The position numbers and the translations under genes were made by a program. DNA of 64,000 nt from assembly GCA_038323965.1 (NCBI GenBank), contig JBBQHM010000001.1:889-64888 (forward strand), read 5' to 3'. This document shows, in pieces, positions 18,377 through 26,604 of this stretch; within the stretch, counting starts at the first letter, position 1; each line of letters begins with the position of its first letter. Below the pieces are notes generated by a model. It was not told where the DNA came from and ran no database searches. It saw only the letters and a list, made by a program, of their open reading frames with translations. The DNA is from Chthoniobacterales bacterium. GTDB lineage: Bacteria; Verrucomicrobiota; Verrucomicrobiia; Chthoniobacterales; UBA10450.

Positions 18377-18763
18377 ATGAATACACGCTCCCGTTTGTTT
18401 GCCGTTTCGAGCGCGCTTATGATCGTCGCTACAGCTTTTACGTCCACTTACGGACAAGATCCTAACTGGAAGCGACCTGGCTCTGAAGAAACCGCTGCGG
18501 TTGACCGCGCTAATGCCGAAATCGATAGAGTTTATGAGGAGCTCATAAGTAAACTCGACACTGCACAACAAAAGAGTCTGAAAGAGGCCCAACGTGCTTG
18601 GATCAAGTGGCGGGACGCTGAAGCAGATCTCGTGGCACGTTTGGGCGGCGCCGTTGGTGGTAGCGCTTTCCGTGTTGGTTACTCGACTGCGCAGGCCAAG
18701 CTGATTCAGCAACGGAAAGAGTTACTGAGAGGATATCTCAAGGATGCCGGGAGTAATCGATGA
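18377..18763 (+). CDS. cassette 6: secreted DUF1311 / LprI-like (lysozyme-inhibitor family) protein
   Basis: Signal peptide and the DUF1311 pattern ...EIDRVYEELISKL...QKSLKEAQRAWIKWRDAEADL. Confidence 0.7.
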   Translation: MNTRSRLFAVSSALMIVATAFTSTYGQDPNWKRPGSEETAAVDRANAEIDRVYEELISKLDTAQQKSLKEAQRAWIKWRDAEADLVARLGGAVGGSAFRVGYSTAQAKLIQQRKELLRGYLKDAGSNR

Positions 18764-18779
18764 TAGCATTAAAACCCCT

Positions 18780-18899
18780 ATCCAACCGATGCAGCGAACG
18801 TCTACCCGCTGCTCGCGCCACATTTTCCATGACTAAACCTATTCCTGCACGAGCCACGCTCGCTGCCGATAGGCATCCCTGATCTTATGCTCGTTAAGT
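18780..18899 (+). repeat. attC site 6 (120 bp)
   Basis: ATCCAAC...GTTAAGT. This is the most divergent R boxes in the array, but they still fit RYYYAAC/GTTRRRY. Confidence 0.7.
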
Positions 18900-18939
18900 G
18901 GTACAATTAACTATCAAATGAGCACAGGGGAGATAAGTC

Positions 18940-19572
18940 ATGCAGATTGATACAATTGATCCGCAGAAGACCGCGATGATCGTGGTCGATATGCAGAACG
19001 ACTTCGTGGCGGCGGGCGCTGCGATGGAAACGCCTGCGGCACGTGCCGTGGTGCCCAAGCTTGCCGAGGCGCTGAAAGTCTGCCGCGATGCCAAAATCAA
19101 AGTCATCTATACGGCTCATGTGCATCGCCGTGACGGATGCGATATGGGACTCTTCAATATGCATCCGCCAATCGCCAATCGTGCTGCGTTAGTCGATGGC
19201 ACGCCAGGGGTAGACATTTACCCTGAGCTCGCGCCGGCACCGGGTGAGCATGTCATCAAGAAGCATCGCTACAGCGGTTTTTTTGGCACGGACATGGACA
19301 TTATCCTGCGCGAGTGGGGTGTCGATACCGTCATCATTTCGGGGACGACTACCGAGAATTGCTGCCACGCAACGGCAAGGGACGCGATGTTTCGTAATTA
19401 CCGGGTCGTCTTTCTGTCGGACGCCACCGCAACCTATGACTACCCGGACCGCGGATTTGGCGCGATGCCAAACGCCCAGGTGCACCACGCCACACTCGTG
19501 ATCCTCGCGGCATCAACGGCCCACGTCATGTCGGTCAATGATATGCAGACGCGCATATCGCGACGCGAATGA
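18940..19572 (+). CDS. cassette 7: isochorismatase-family cysteine hydrolase
   Basis: TAMIVVDMQNDFV, and ISGTTTENCCHATARDA with the catalytic Cys. GGGGAG Shine-Dalgarno sequence upstream. Confidence 0.85.
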   Translation: MQIDTIDPQKTAMIVVDMQNDFVAAGAAMETPAARAVVPKLAEALKVCRDAKIKVIYTAHVHRRDGCDMGLFNMHPPIANRAALVDGTPGVDIYPELAPAPGEHVIKKHRYSGFFGTDMDIILREWGVDTVIISGTTTENCCHATARDAMFRNYRVVFLSDATATYDYPDRGFGAMPNAQVHHATLVILAASTAHVMSVNDMQTRISRRE

Positions 19573-19594
19573 CGACTGTGCTGTCCACGCTAAC

Positions 19595-19717
19595 ACCTAA
19601 CCAGGCGATGCAGCCAACCGCTGGCCGTTCGGAAGCCGCGTCTCAGTTTATGAAAACACCTCCATTACAAGCCACGCTCGCTCTCGCCAGCGGTGGCTGA
19701 TCTTGGTCTCGTTAGGT
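19595..19717 (+). repeat. attC site 7 (123 bp)
   Basis: ACCTAAC...GTTAGGT. GATGCAGCCAACCGCTGGC faces GCCAGCGGTGGCTGATC, leaving two extrahelical bases. Confidence 0.85.
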
Positions 19718-19873
19718 GAATGGAGAAGTAAGCGCGCGGGGAAAACGGATAGCGATTGAGATGTTCCCTGATCTGCGATCAACGTCTGGAAGCGGAGTCT
19801 TAGTTTATCAAATCGGAGCCTTCGTAATTCGTGCTCGCTACCGGTGACCGGAGCTGATGTACTGACGTTGGCG

Positions 19874-21007
19874 ATGGAACAGCACTTGGAACAGACGAAA
19901 CCGCGCCGCCGCGGTAAACTCAGGCGCGTCTTCTATACCCTGCTTCTGCTGCTCTTAATTTTTGCGGTGTATCTCTGGGCCACGGGCGCGCGGCAGGACC
20001 CGATTGAAACAGGCGAGCCGTCGATGAAGGCGGTGATTTACACTGATTACGGGTCGCCGGAAGTTCTCCAGCTCAGGGAGATTACGAAGCCGGTCCCTAA
20101 CGACGATCAGATTTTGATCAAGGTCCGGGCCGCTTCGCTCAATCCACTCGACTGGCATTTCATGGAAGGCACTCCCTACCTCATGCGCGCGCTCGGAGTA
20201 GGCCTGCGCAAACCAAAGGTCCCGCGCCTTGGGGTGGATCTGGCGGGCGTGGTCGAGGCGGTCGGTAAAAACGTGACTCAGTTCAAGATGGGCGACGAGG
20301 TGTTCGGCGGCAAGACGGGGGCGCTGGCAGAGTATGTCTGCGCGCGCGCGGATCAAAGCATCACGCTCAAGCCGGCCAACGTGACGTTCGAACAGGCTGC
20401 GGCAGCTCCAATCGCCGGGCTGACCGCGCTGCAGGGTCTGCGCGACAAGGGGCACGTCCAACCGGGGCAGAAGGTGCTAATCAACGGAGCGTCGGGAGGG
20501 GTCGGCACTTTTGCGGTCCAAATCGCAAAGTCCTACGGCGCGGAAGTGACTGGTGTCTGCAGCACGCGGAACCTGGAGCTGGTGCGTTCGCTCGGCGCGG
20601 ACCGCGTGATCGATTATACGAAGGAAGATTTCACGCAGGGACAGGAACGTTACGATGTGATTCTCGATAATGTCGGCAATCAGCCCTTAGCGGGATTCCG
20701 GCGCGTCCTGCAGACGAAAGGAATCTGCGTCATGATCGGCGGCGGCGGACCGAATGACGGCGGATTGATCGGCCCAATGGGTCGCCCGCTGCAGGCGCTC
20801 ATCATGTCGCCGTTCGTGAGCCAGAAGATGGGGATGTTCATGGCGGACATAACAAAAAGCGATTTGGCGATTCTGGGCGATATGATGCAGACCGGAAAGG
20901 TGAAGGCGGTGATCGACCGCACCTATCCGCTGAGTCAGATCGCCGAGGCGATGCGCTACCTCGAAGCGGGCCACGCCCGCGGGAAGGTAGTTATCGAGGT
21001 CCAGTAA
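19874..21007 (+). CDS. cassette 8: zinc-type MDR NAD(P)-dependent dehydrogenase / quinone oxidoreductase with an in-frame N-terminal TM extension
   Basis: The canonical core begins MKAVIYTDYGSPEVL at ATG 20024, with GASGGVGTFAVQIAK as the NAD(P) motif. ATG 19874 adds a basic-plus-hydrophobic segment, RRVFYTLLLLLLIFAVYLWA. Confidence 0.8.
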   Translation: MEQHLEQTKPRRRGKLRRVFYTLLLLLLIFAVYLWATGARQDPIETGEPSMKAVIYTDYGSPEVLQLREITKPVPNDDQILIKVRAASLNPLDWHFMEGTPYLMRALGVGLRKPKVPRLGVDLAGVVEAVGKNVTQFKMGDEVFGGKTGALAEYVCARADQSITLKPANVTFEQAAAAPIAGLTALQGLRDKGHVQPGQKVLINGASGGVGTFAVQIAKSYGAEVTGVCSTRNLELVRSLGADRVIDYTKEDFTQGQERYDVILDNVGNQPLAGFRRVLQTKGICVMIGGGGPNDGGLIGPMGRPLQALIMSPFVSQKMGMFMADITKSDLAILGDMMQTGKVKAVIDRTYPLSQIAEAMRYLEAGHARGKVVIEVQ

Positions 21008-21017
21008 AGCGTTGCAC

Positions 21018-21542
21018 CTAACTCCCGTTAGGCGCGGGCACGATCTGAACGCTCTCGATGTTCACGCGCTGGTGCGGACGGTCGGATGAATTGGTCGCGG
21101 TGGTCCCGATTTTATCGAGGACCTCTTCGCCTTTAATCAGCTGGCCGAAGGCGGTGTACTGGCGATCGAGAAATTTGGCCGGGCCGTGGCAGATGAAAAA
21201 CTGGCTGCCGGCCGAATCAGGATCCTGCGAACGCGCCATCGAGAGAACGCCGCGGTCGTGCGATTTCGCATTAAACTCCGCCTTGATCTTGTAACCCGGG
21301 TCGCCGGTGCCCCAACGATTTTGCTGTGCTTCATCCTTGGTCAGCGGATCGCCGCCTTGAATCATAAATCCCTTGATTACGCGATGAAACGCGGTGCCGT
21401 CGTAAAAGCCTTCGCGCGCGAGCTTCTTGAAATTCTCGACCGTCTTCGGCGCCACATCCGGCCAGAACTCCAGCACCATTTCGCCTTCGCTGGTTTTAAT
21501 GACTGCGACTTCATCGGGAGTGGAATTGGATACGGAATTCAT
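21018..21542 (-). CDS. ppiB: cyclophilin-type peptidyl-prolyl cis-trans isomerase
   Basis: FHRVIKGFMIQGGDP and SAGSQFFI motifs. Start placed at ATG 21542 (MNSVSNS...); the upstream part of the 271-aa ORF is Arg/Ser-rich and looks non-coding. Confidence 0.88.
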   Translation of the reverse strand: MNSVSNSTPDEVAVIKTSEGEMVLEFWPDVAPKTVENFKKLAREGFYDGTAFHRVIKGFMIQGGDPLTKDEAQQNRWGTGDPGYKIKAEFNAKSHDRGVLSMARSQDPDSAGSQFFICHGPAKFLDRQYTAFGQLIKGEEVLDKIGTTATNSSDRPHQRVNIESVQIVPAPNGS

Positions 21543-21654
21543 GAGGGCAATATCCTCGCGGCGCTCGCCGGCAGAGGCAACCGGCGTTCGCGTGAAGGAA
21601 CGATACCAGCAAGATGGCAAGCGGTGCGCTTGCCCTGCCATTCGCGCCGGCGGA

Positions 21655-21963
21655 TTAGAGCCAGTAGTTCGCGAGCGTGGTCCAAAGCGCGGAGAGCGGC
21701 CAGGCCGCGATCGCGATGATGACAACGAACATGACGGCATCGACGCGTGAATCACGCGCGTTAGCCTCGTTGACTTGGGCAGTGCTCCATTTCCGGAAAT
21801 TGCTGGAAGCAACGGACGGAAGGGCCGGTGCAATTTTGGTAGCGCCGGCGCCAGCGAGGGCCGCGCCGGACTGGAAGTGGTAATCGGTATTGGGGAAACG
21901 GTGGACTCCGCGGCGTGAGGTCCGGTCGGAGATTTTTGCGACAGTTCTGTAAGTAGGTTTCAT
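21655..21963 (-). CDS. hypothetical small membrane protein
   Basis: 102 aa with a C-terminal TM segment (AVMFVVIIAIAAWPLSALW). Codon usage looks coding. No family recognised. Confidence 0.35.
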   Translation of the reverse strand: MKPTYRTVAKISDRTSRRGVHRFPNTDYHFQSGAALAGAGATKIAPALPSVASSNFRKWSTAQVNEANARDSRVDAVMFVVIIAIAAWPLSALWTTLANYWL

Positions 21964-22341
21964 ATTTTTAGCGCGTCGGTTGGCGCGGTACGCAGGCTGC
22001 AGACGCAGCAGCCGGCGGAATAAGTCCTTCGCGCCGGGAGTGGCGCGGATTCATCTACTCCAACGCAACCGGCGCTGATCTCTCAGCCACCGCCTGCGTC
22101 ACTCGCTTTCGAGGCGATTATACAGCAGTTTCCTTGCCGGTCTAGCGGATGAGTTGCAACCTGCTCTCCCAGAATAGGATAGTATTAGTTAGGGGCGGCT
22201 CAAAGTGTTCGCGGTCATCCAAGGATGAGTTCCGGGCGCGCGATCTCCAGCACGGTCACATGGTCTGCTCGAATCAGCGCGAGAACGATGGCCGCGATCC
22301 GAAGCGTCCATGGGACAACAGCGTGTGGAGGTTCACCCCCT

Positions 22342-22445
22342 GTCATCCTCAGCGAAGCGGAGCACAGCCGAAGGATCCCGTCGCGTTAGAAGCAGTCGGC
22401 GCCGCTCGTACTTCGACGGGGTCCCTCGACTTCGCTCGGGATGAC
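22342..22445. repeat. palindromic intergenic repeat, copy 5 (divergent left arm)
   Basis: GTCATCCTCAGCGAAGCGGAGCACAGCCGAAGGATCCCGTCGC ... CGACGGGGTCCCTCGACTTCGCTCGGGATGAC. Confidence 0.85.
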
Positions 22446-22459
22446 CGTTAGGAAATGAT

Positions 22460-23128
22460 GTGCTCTATGTCGTCGCCACACCGATTGGGAATCTCGGCGA
22501 CATTACGTTGCGCGCGATCGAGGCGTTGAAATCGGCCAACGTGATCGCGGCCGAGGATACGCGGCATTCCGGCAATCTCTTGAAACATCTCGGAATTGCA
22601 AAGCCGTTAGTGAGTTATCATGAACACAACGAGGCGATGCGAACCGCGGAGCTGGCCGAGCGTCTGGCCGCTGGCGAAAGCGTCGCGCTGATCACGGATG
22701 CCGGAATGCCGGGGATCTCGGACCCCGGCGCGAGGTTAATTCGCAAATGTGTGGAGCTCGATTTGCCGTTCACGGTCATCCCGGGGGCATCCTCGATTCT
22801 CACGGCGCTGGTCGGCTCCGGGTTCGCGATGGAGACGTTTACCTTCCGCGGATTTCTCCCGGTGAAAAGTGGACAGCGCGAGCGCGAGTTGATCGCTGCC
22901 GCTGGACGCAGCGAGACGACGATTTTTTTCGAATCACCTTACCGGCTGACGAAGACGCTGGCGAAATGCGCGGAGTTAATGCCCGACCGGCGGATTTGCG
23001 TGGCGCGCGAGCTGACGAAGAAGTTCGAGGAATTTCGGCGCGGGAACGCGGCGGTATTGCTGGCGCATTACGAAGCGCGAACGGTGAAGGGGGAGATTGT
23101 GCTGCTGATCGAGGGATTGGCGGAGTGA
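22460..23128 (+). CDS. rsmI: 16S rRNA (cytidine1402-2'-O)-methyltransferase
   Basis: LYVVATPIGNLGDITLRAIEALKSANVIAAEDTRHS is the RsmI signature. GTG start. Confidence 0.9.
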   Translation: MLYVVATPIGNLGDITLRAIEALKSANVIAAEDTRHSGNLLKHLGIAKPLVSYHEHNEAMRTAELAERLAAGESVALITDAGMPGISDPGARLIRKCVELDLPFTVIPGASSILTALVGSGFAMETFTFRGFLPVKSGQRERELIAAAGRSETTIFFESPYRLTKTLAKCAELMPDRRICVARELTKKFEEFRRGNAAVLLAHYEARTVKGEIVLLIEGLAE

Positions 23129-23251
23129 CGAACCCGTTTAAGCACGCGTGAGGTCCTTCGCGCCGTGACGGATGGGGTCGCGCCGAATCCGACTATTGCG
23201 CACCGCAGCGTGCGAAAATCACGGCCGCTGCATCCGCGCAAACGTAATCCT

Positions 23252-23992
23252 ATGCGAATGACTCTTCCCAAGTTCGCATTTTTTGTTTTAGCCATGGCTG
23301 CACTTGTCTTCGCGCCGCGCTCCCAGGCAGGGGTCACCAGAGTCGCCTTCCTCAGTGGCGGCAAAAAGATCGCGGTCGACCGCTTTGCGCCCATCGGAAC
23401 ACCGACTTCGCACGCGATTCTCGTCCTGCACGGGGCGGGCGGAACGTTGCTCGATGGTCCCGAGATGCGCCGGAAGGCGGACAGCCTGGCGGCCGCCGGG
23501 AACACAGTTTACCTCGTGCATTATTTTAACCGCACCGGCTCTTTCGTAGCAGTCGATTCGACAATGCAGCAGCATTTCAACGTCTGGCTGGAGACGGTGC
23601 GCGATGCGGCGACGTGGGCGGCCACGGAAAGCAAAGCGCGAAGTGTGGGAATTTACGGGTACTCGCTTGGGGCGTTTCTGGCGGTGGCCGCGGCATCCGA
23701 TAATCCGCGCGTTGGTGCGGTGGTGGAACAGGCGGGTGGCGTCTGGAACAGCCAGGAACAGCGCATCGGTCGCATGCCGCCTGTGCTCATAGTGCATGGC
23801 CGCGAAGATCGACGCGTGCCGTTTGCGAAATATGCGGAGCCGCTGGCGCGACTTCTGCGCGAACGTCACGCCTTGGCGGGCACGCTTTACCTCCCGAACG
23901 AAGGCCACGTTTTCACCGCGCCAGCCAATGCCCAGGTAAGTGCAAAAGCGGCGCCGTTCTTCGCGCACCACCTCGGGACGGGCGGCCATTAA
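23252..23992 (+). CDS. secreted alpha/beta hydrolase (dienelactone hydrolase-like)
   Basis: Signal peptide MRMTLPKFAFFVLAMAALVFA, nucleophile elbow GYSLGA, and a late HGREDRRVP...EGH. Confidence 0.7.
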   Translation: MRMTLPKFAFFVLAMAALVFAPRSQAGVTRVAFLSGGKKIAVDRFAPIGTPTSHAILVLHGAGGTLLDGPEMRRKADSLAAAGNTVYLVHYFNRTGSFVAVDSTMQQHFNVWLETVRDAATWAATESKARSVGIYGYSLGAFLAVAAASDNPRVGAVVEQAGGVWNSQEQRIGRMPPVLIVHGREDRRVPFAKYAEPLARLLRERHALAGTLYLPNEGHVFTAPANAQVSAKAAPFFAHHLGTGGH

Positions 23993-24074
23993 CGGGGACG
24001 GGACAGCTTTCGCTTGTCAACCGCGGCGGTTCGTGTGAATTTGAGCGGCTTTTCGCTCGGAAAGCATCTCTCGT

Positions 24075-24428
24075 ATGGCTTACGCAATTATTAAAACTGG
24101 TGGTCGGCAATTTCGCGTGGAGGAAGGCGACACGATCGACGTCGATCTTCTCGATGTGGAGGCCGGCAAAACGACAACTTTTGGCGAAGTGCTGATGCAT
24201 GCCGATGGCGGCAAACTTACGCACGGATCGCCGATCGACGGCGCGCACGTGACCGCGGAAGTGGTGGAACAGCGGAAGGACAAGAAAGTCATCGCTTTCA
24301 AATATCGCCGCCGCAAAGGGTATCACCGCACGGTTGGACATCGCCGCAAACTCACGCGCGTGAAAATTACCGGCATCAGCCTGGGCGGCGCAAAAGCGAA
24401 GAAAGAAAAAGCGAGCAAGTCGGAGTAG
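24075..24428 (+). CDS. rplU: 50S ribosomal protein L21
   Basis: [19 protein letters not shown] start, with a Lys-rich tail. Confidence 0.95.
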   Translation: MAYAIIKTGGRQFRVEEGDTIDVDLLDVEAGKTTTFGEVLMHADGGKLTHGSPIDGAHVTAEVVEQRKDKKVIAFKYRRRKGYHRTVGHRRKLTRVKITGISLGGAKAKKEKASKSE

Positions 24429-24434
24429 TTCGTC

Positions 24435-24686
24435 ATGGCACACAAAAAAGGACAGGGCAGCGTCAAGAACGGTCGCGATAGCGTCAGCAAACGGCTCGGC
24501 GTGAAAAAATTTGGCAGCGAAGAAGTCGTCGCGGGCAACATCATCATCCGCCAGCGTGGAACAAAATTCCGTCCCGGTAAGAATGTTGGGCTCGGACGTG
24601 ATTACACGATCTTTGCTCTGGTGGACGGCCGGGTGCGCTTCGATCGCGCCAGCCGGCGCGTGAACGTGGTTCCGACTGCGGCCTAG
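24435..24686 (+). CDS. rpmA: 50S ribosomal protein L27
   Basis: [27 protein letters not shown]... and [10 protein letters not shown]. Confidence 0.95.
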   Translation: MAHKKGQGSVKNGRDSVSKRLGVKKFGSEEVVAGNIIIRQRGTKFRPGKNVGLGRDYTIFALVDGRVRFDRASRRVNVVPTAA

Positions 24687-25696
24687 CTGCGGTCGATTCC
24701 GATTTCGCCGCGCGCGATTTTCCGCGCGAATTCCGCGATATTCCGGGTTCTCCGGCGGGTAGGACTGCGCACCAGCGCGACGGCCAGCGCGGCATAAGCG
24801 CGAGGGCGTTCTCCCGCTGCCGCCAGCGTCATGACGCGCGCCTCCAGCATGTTCCAGTACCATTGCCATGCGATCGCCTTGCGTTCGCGGCGCGGCAGAT
24901 CAGCCGACAGCATCTCGGTTTCCGCAAAGGCGCGCTGCTGGCTCCGTGATTTTTTTGCCGGGGACGTGCCGCGCGAGGTGCCGCCGGAATGCTCGCGCTT
25001 TTCCATAAGCGGCTCCGGGATGTAAACGAACTCCGTCGTTTTGGCGAGGCGCAGGGAGAGGATATAGCCGTCGTGATGACGACATTCGGGATCGAGAAAT
25101 CCGGCGGCTTGGATCAAATCAATGCGCGCAACGAGGGTCCGTAGAATACCGGTCTCACCGCGCGCGACCTGGGCGAAAATATTTCCCGACGGTTTCGGTG
25201 CGTCCGAATGGACGCGCAGGCGCTCGCCTGTCGGACTCATCACATAACGGTTGCTGTAACTGCAACCGGCACGCGAGTTGGTCGCCAGCGCTGCGAGATG
25301 ACGCTCAATGAAGTTCGGCAAGAGCCGGTCGTCACCGTCCAGCATGGTCACGAATTCGCTGGTGACGGTGGCCAGAGCGGCGTTGCGGTTTCGCGGAATG
25401 AAAACATTTTCCTGCTGGAAAACGCCCCGGACCAATCCGGGAAACCGTGTCTGGTAATCGCGGATTAGCGCGACCGAGTTGTCGCGCGTCGAATGGTCAT
25501 CGGCGACGATGATTTCGTGCGGGCGAACGGTCTGGTTCAGAGCGCTATCGATCGCTTCCCGCAGGTACGCTTCCTGGTTGTAGGAAGTGATAATGATTGA
25601 AATCCCGCGCGACGCCACGCGACTACGTTCTCGACGTGTGCGCTTTTGAAAAGGCCAAACTCCGAGCCACTCTCGAACTCCATGAGCGTGAGGCAC
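24683..25696 (-). CDS. family 2 glycosyltransferase
   Basis: [25 protein letters not shown]...IIVADDHS...LDGDD. The start is uncertain; GTG 25618 is possible. Confidence 0.75.
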   Translation of the reverse strand: MPHAHGVREWLGVWPFQKRTRRERSRVASRGISIIITSYNQEAYLREAIDSALNQTVRPHEIIVADDHSTRDNSVALIRDYQTRFPGLVRGVFQQENVFIPRNRNAALATVTSEFVTMLDGDDRLLPNFIERHLAALATNSRAGCSYSNRYVMSPTGERLRVHSDAPKPSGNIFAQVARGETGILRTLVARIDLIQAAGFLDPECRHHDGYILSLRLAKTTEFVYIPEPLMEKREHSGGTSRGTSPAKKSRSQQRAFAETEMLSADLPRRERKAIAWQWYWNMLEARVMTLAAAGERPRAYAALAVALVRSPTRRRTRNIAEFARKIARGEIGIDRS

Positions 25697-25759
25697 GCAC
25701 AGGGCAACGCTGCCGCGATTGCCTAATCAGACCTGATTGAGCTATAAGGGAAGTCCCGC

Positions 25760-26362
25760 ATGAAATATAAAACGTTCCTACTCTTCGGCGCGCCGGGCAG
25801 CGGCAAAGGCACTCAGGGCAAAACGCTCGGCACCATTCCGCGCTTTTATCACTGCGCGTGCGGCGATGTTTTTCGCTCGATTGATACGCGCTCGAAAGTC
25901 GGCAAGGCATTCCTGGACTATTCGAGCAGAGGACAACTCGTGCCGGATGAAATTACCGTGGAATTGTGGCGCGAAGCGATCGACGCCGCGGTCGATGCCC
26001 ACAAATTCAAACCCGATCTCGACACGCTCGTGCTCGATGGAATTCCGCGAAACGTCGAGCAGGCGAAGATCATGGAGAATTTAATCGAGGTCGAAAAAGT
26101 CTTTCACCTCTCCTGCCCCGACCGCGACACCCTTTTCAATCGTCTGAAAAAGCGCGCGCTGAAGGACAACCGGCTGGACGACGCGAACGAAGAAGTGATC
26201 CGCAAACGGCTCGAGCTTTACGACACGGATTCCAAACCGGTGCTGAGCTTTTATCCAAAGGAATCGATCACCTGCATCGACGCCACGCAGCCACCATCGC
26301 GCGTGATGTTCGAGATTCTGGCAGGCGTGAACGGGATGAACGGCACCCATGCAACAGTTTGA
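25760..26362 (+). CDS. adk: adenylate kinase
   Basis: P-loop FGAPGSGKGTQ. Short lid type, 200 aa. Confidence 0.88.
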   Translation: MKYKTFLLFGAPGSGKGTQGKTLGTIPRFYHCACGDVFRSIDTRSKVGKAFLDYSSRGQLVPDEITVELWREAIDAAVDAHKFKPDLDTLVLDGIPRNVEQAKIMENLIEVEKVFHLSCPDRDTLFNRLKKRALKDNRLDDANEEVIRKRLELYDTDSKPVLSFYPKESITCIDATQPPSRVMFEILAGVNGMNGTHATV

Positions 26363-26597
26363 GAATTTTACCGCTTCCAGCCTCTACTGCGAAAAATGCA
26401 AGGCGGCGATGCCGGTGCGCGAGCGACTTCTGCTAGTGCTGCCGGAGAAAGAAATTTACGATTATCTCTGCACCGGTTGCGCCTCCTCGGTCGGTTCGCG
26501 CGAAATCACAGCTGGCGATAAAGTGATGGCGCAGGCCGCCGCGGCCCAGCAGGCCCGTCGTAAACGTCGCGCGCCCGCCCATTCAATGCTTCTTTAG
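26349..26597 (+). CDS. small zinc-ribbon-like hypothetical protein
   Basis: CEKC...CTGC cysteine pairs and a basic C-terminus. Overlaps the adk stop by 14 nt. Confidence 0.45.
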   Translation: MQQFENFTASSLYCEKCKAAMPVRERLLLVLPEKEIYDYLCTGCASSVGSREITAGDKVMAQAAAAQQARRKRRAPAHSMLL

Positions 26598-26604
26598 ACG
26601 CGCC

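Larger units (their letters stand above)
15124..21033 (+). mobile_element. integron-type gene cassette array with no integrase in the window (CALIN-like): 8 ORFs, 7 full attC sites
   Basis: Regular alternation of one short + strand ORF and one attC (RYYYAAC...GTTRRRY). All elements are in the same orientation, the gene functions are unrelated, and the region is visibly more AT-rich than its flanks. Confidence 0.85.

Noticed and set aside
15733-19717. Whether the regularly recurring repeats could be a CRISPR array.
   Set aside because: The repeats are 93-147 bp, imperfect and internally palindromic. The intervals between them are 360-1300 bp, and each contains a full ORF. This architecture fits attC cassettes and not CRISPR.
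21543-21833. N-terminal extensions of several ORFs in the track, such as ppiB 21543-21833, HAD 43584-43856, bcp 40296-40451, the TPR protein 34330-34548 and GH 55195-55290.
   Set aside because: The extensions are Arg/Pro/Ser-rich and reach into neighbouring promoters or repeats. Internal ATGs give canonical N-termini or signal peptides.
22200-22330. A possible minus-strand gene remnant upstream of rsmI, translating to VPWTLRIAAIVLALIRADHVTVLEIARPELILG.
   Set aside because: It is under 45 codons, has no start context and no recognisable motif. This is not enough evidence to call a gene or pseudogene.
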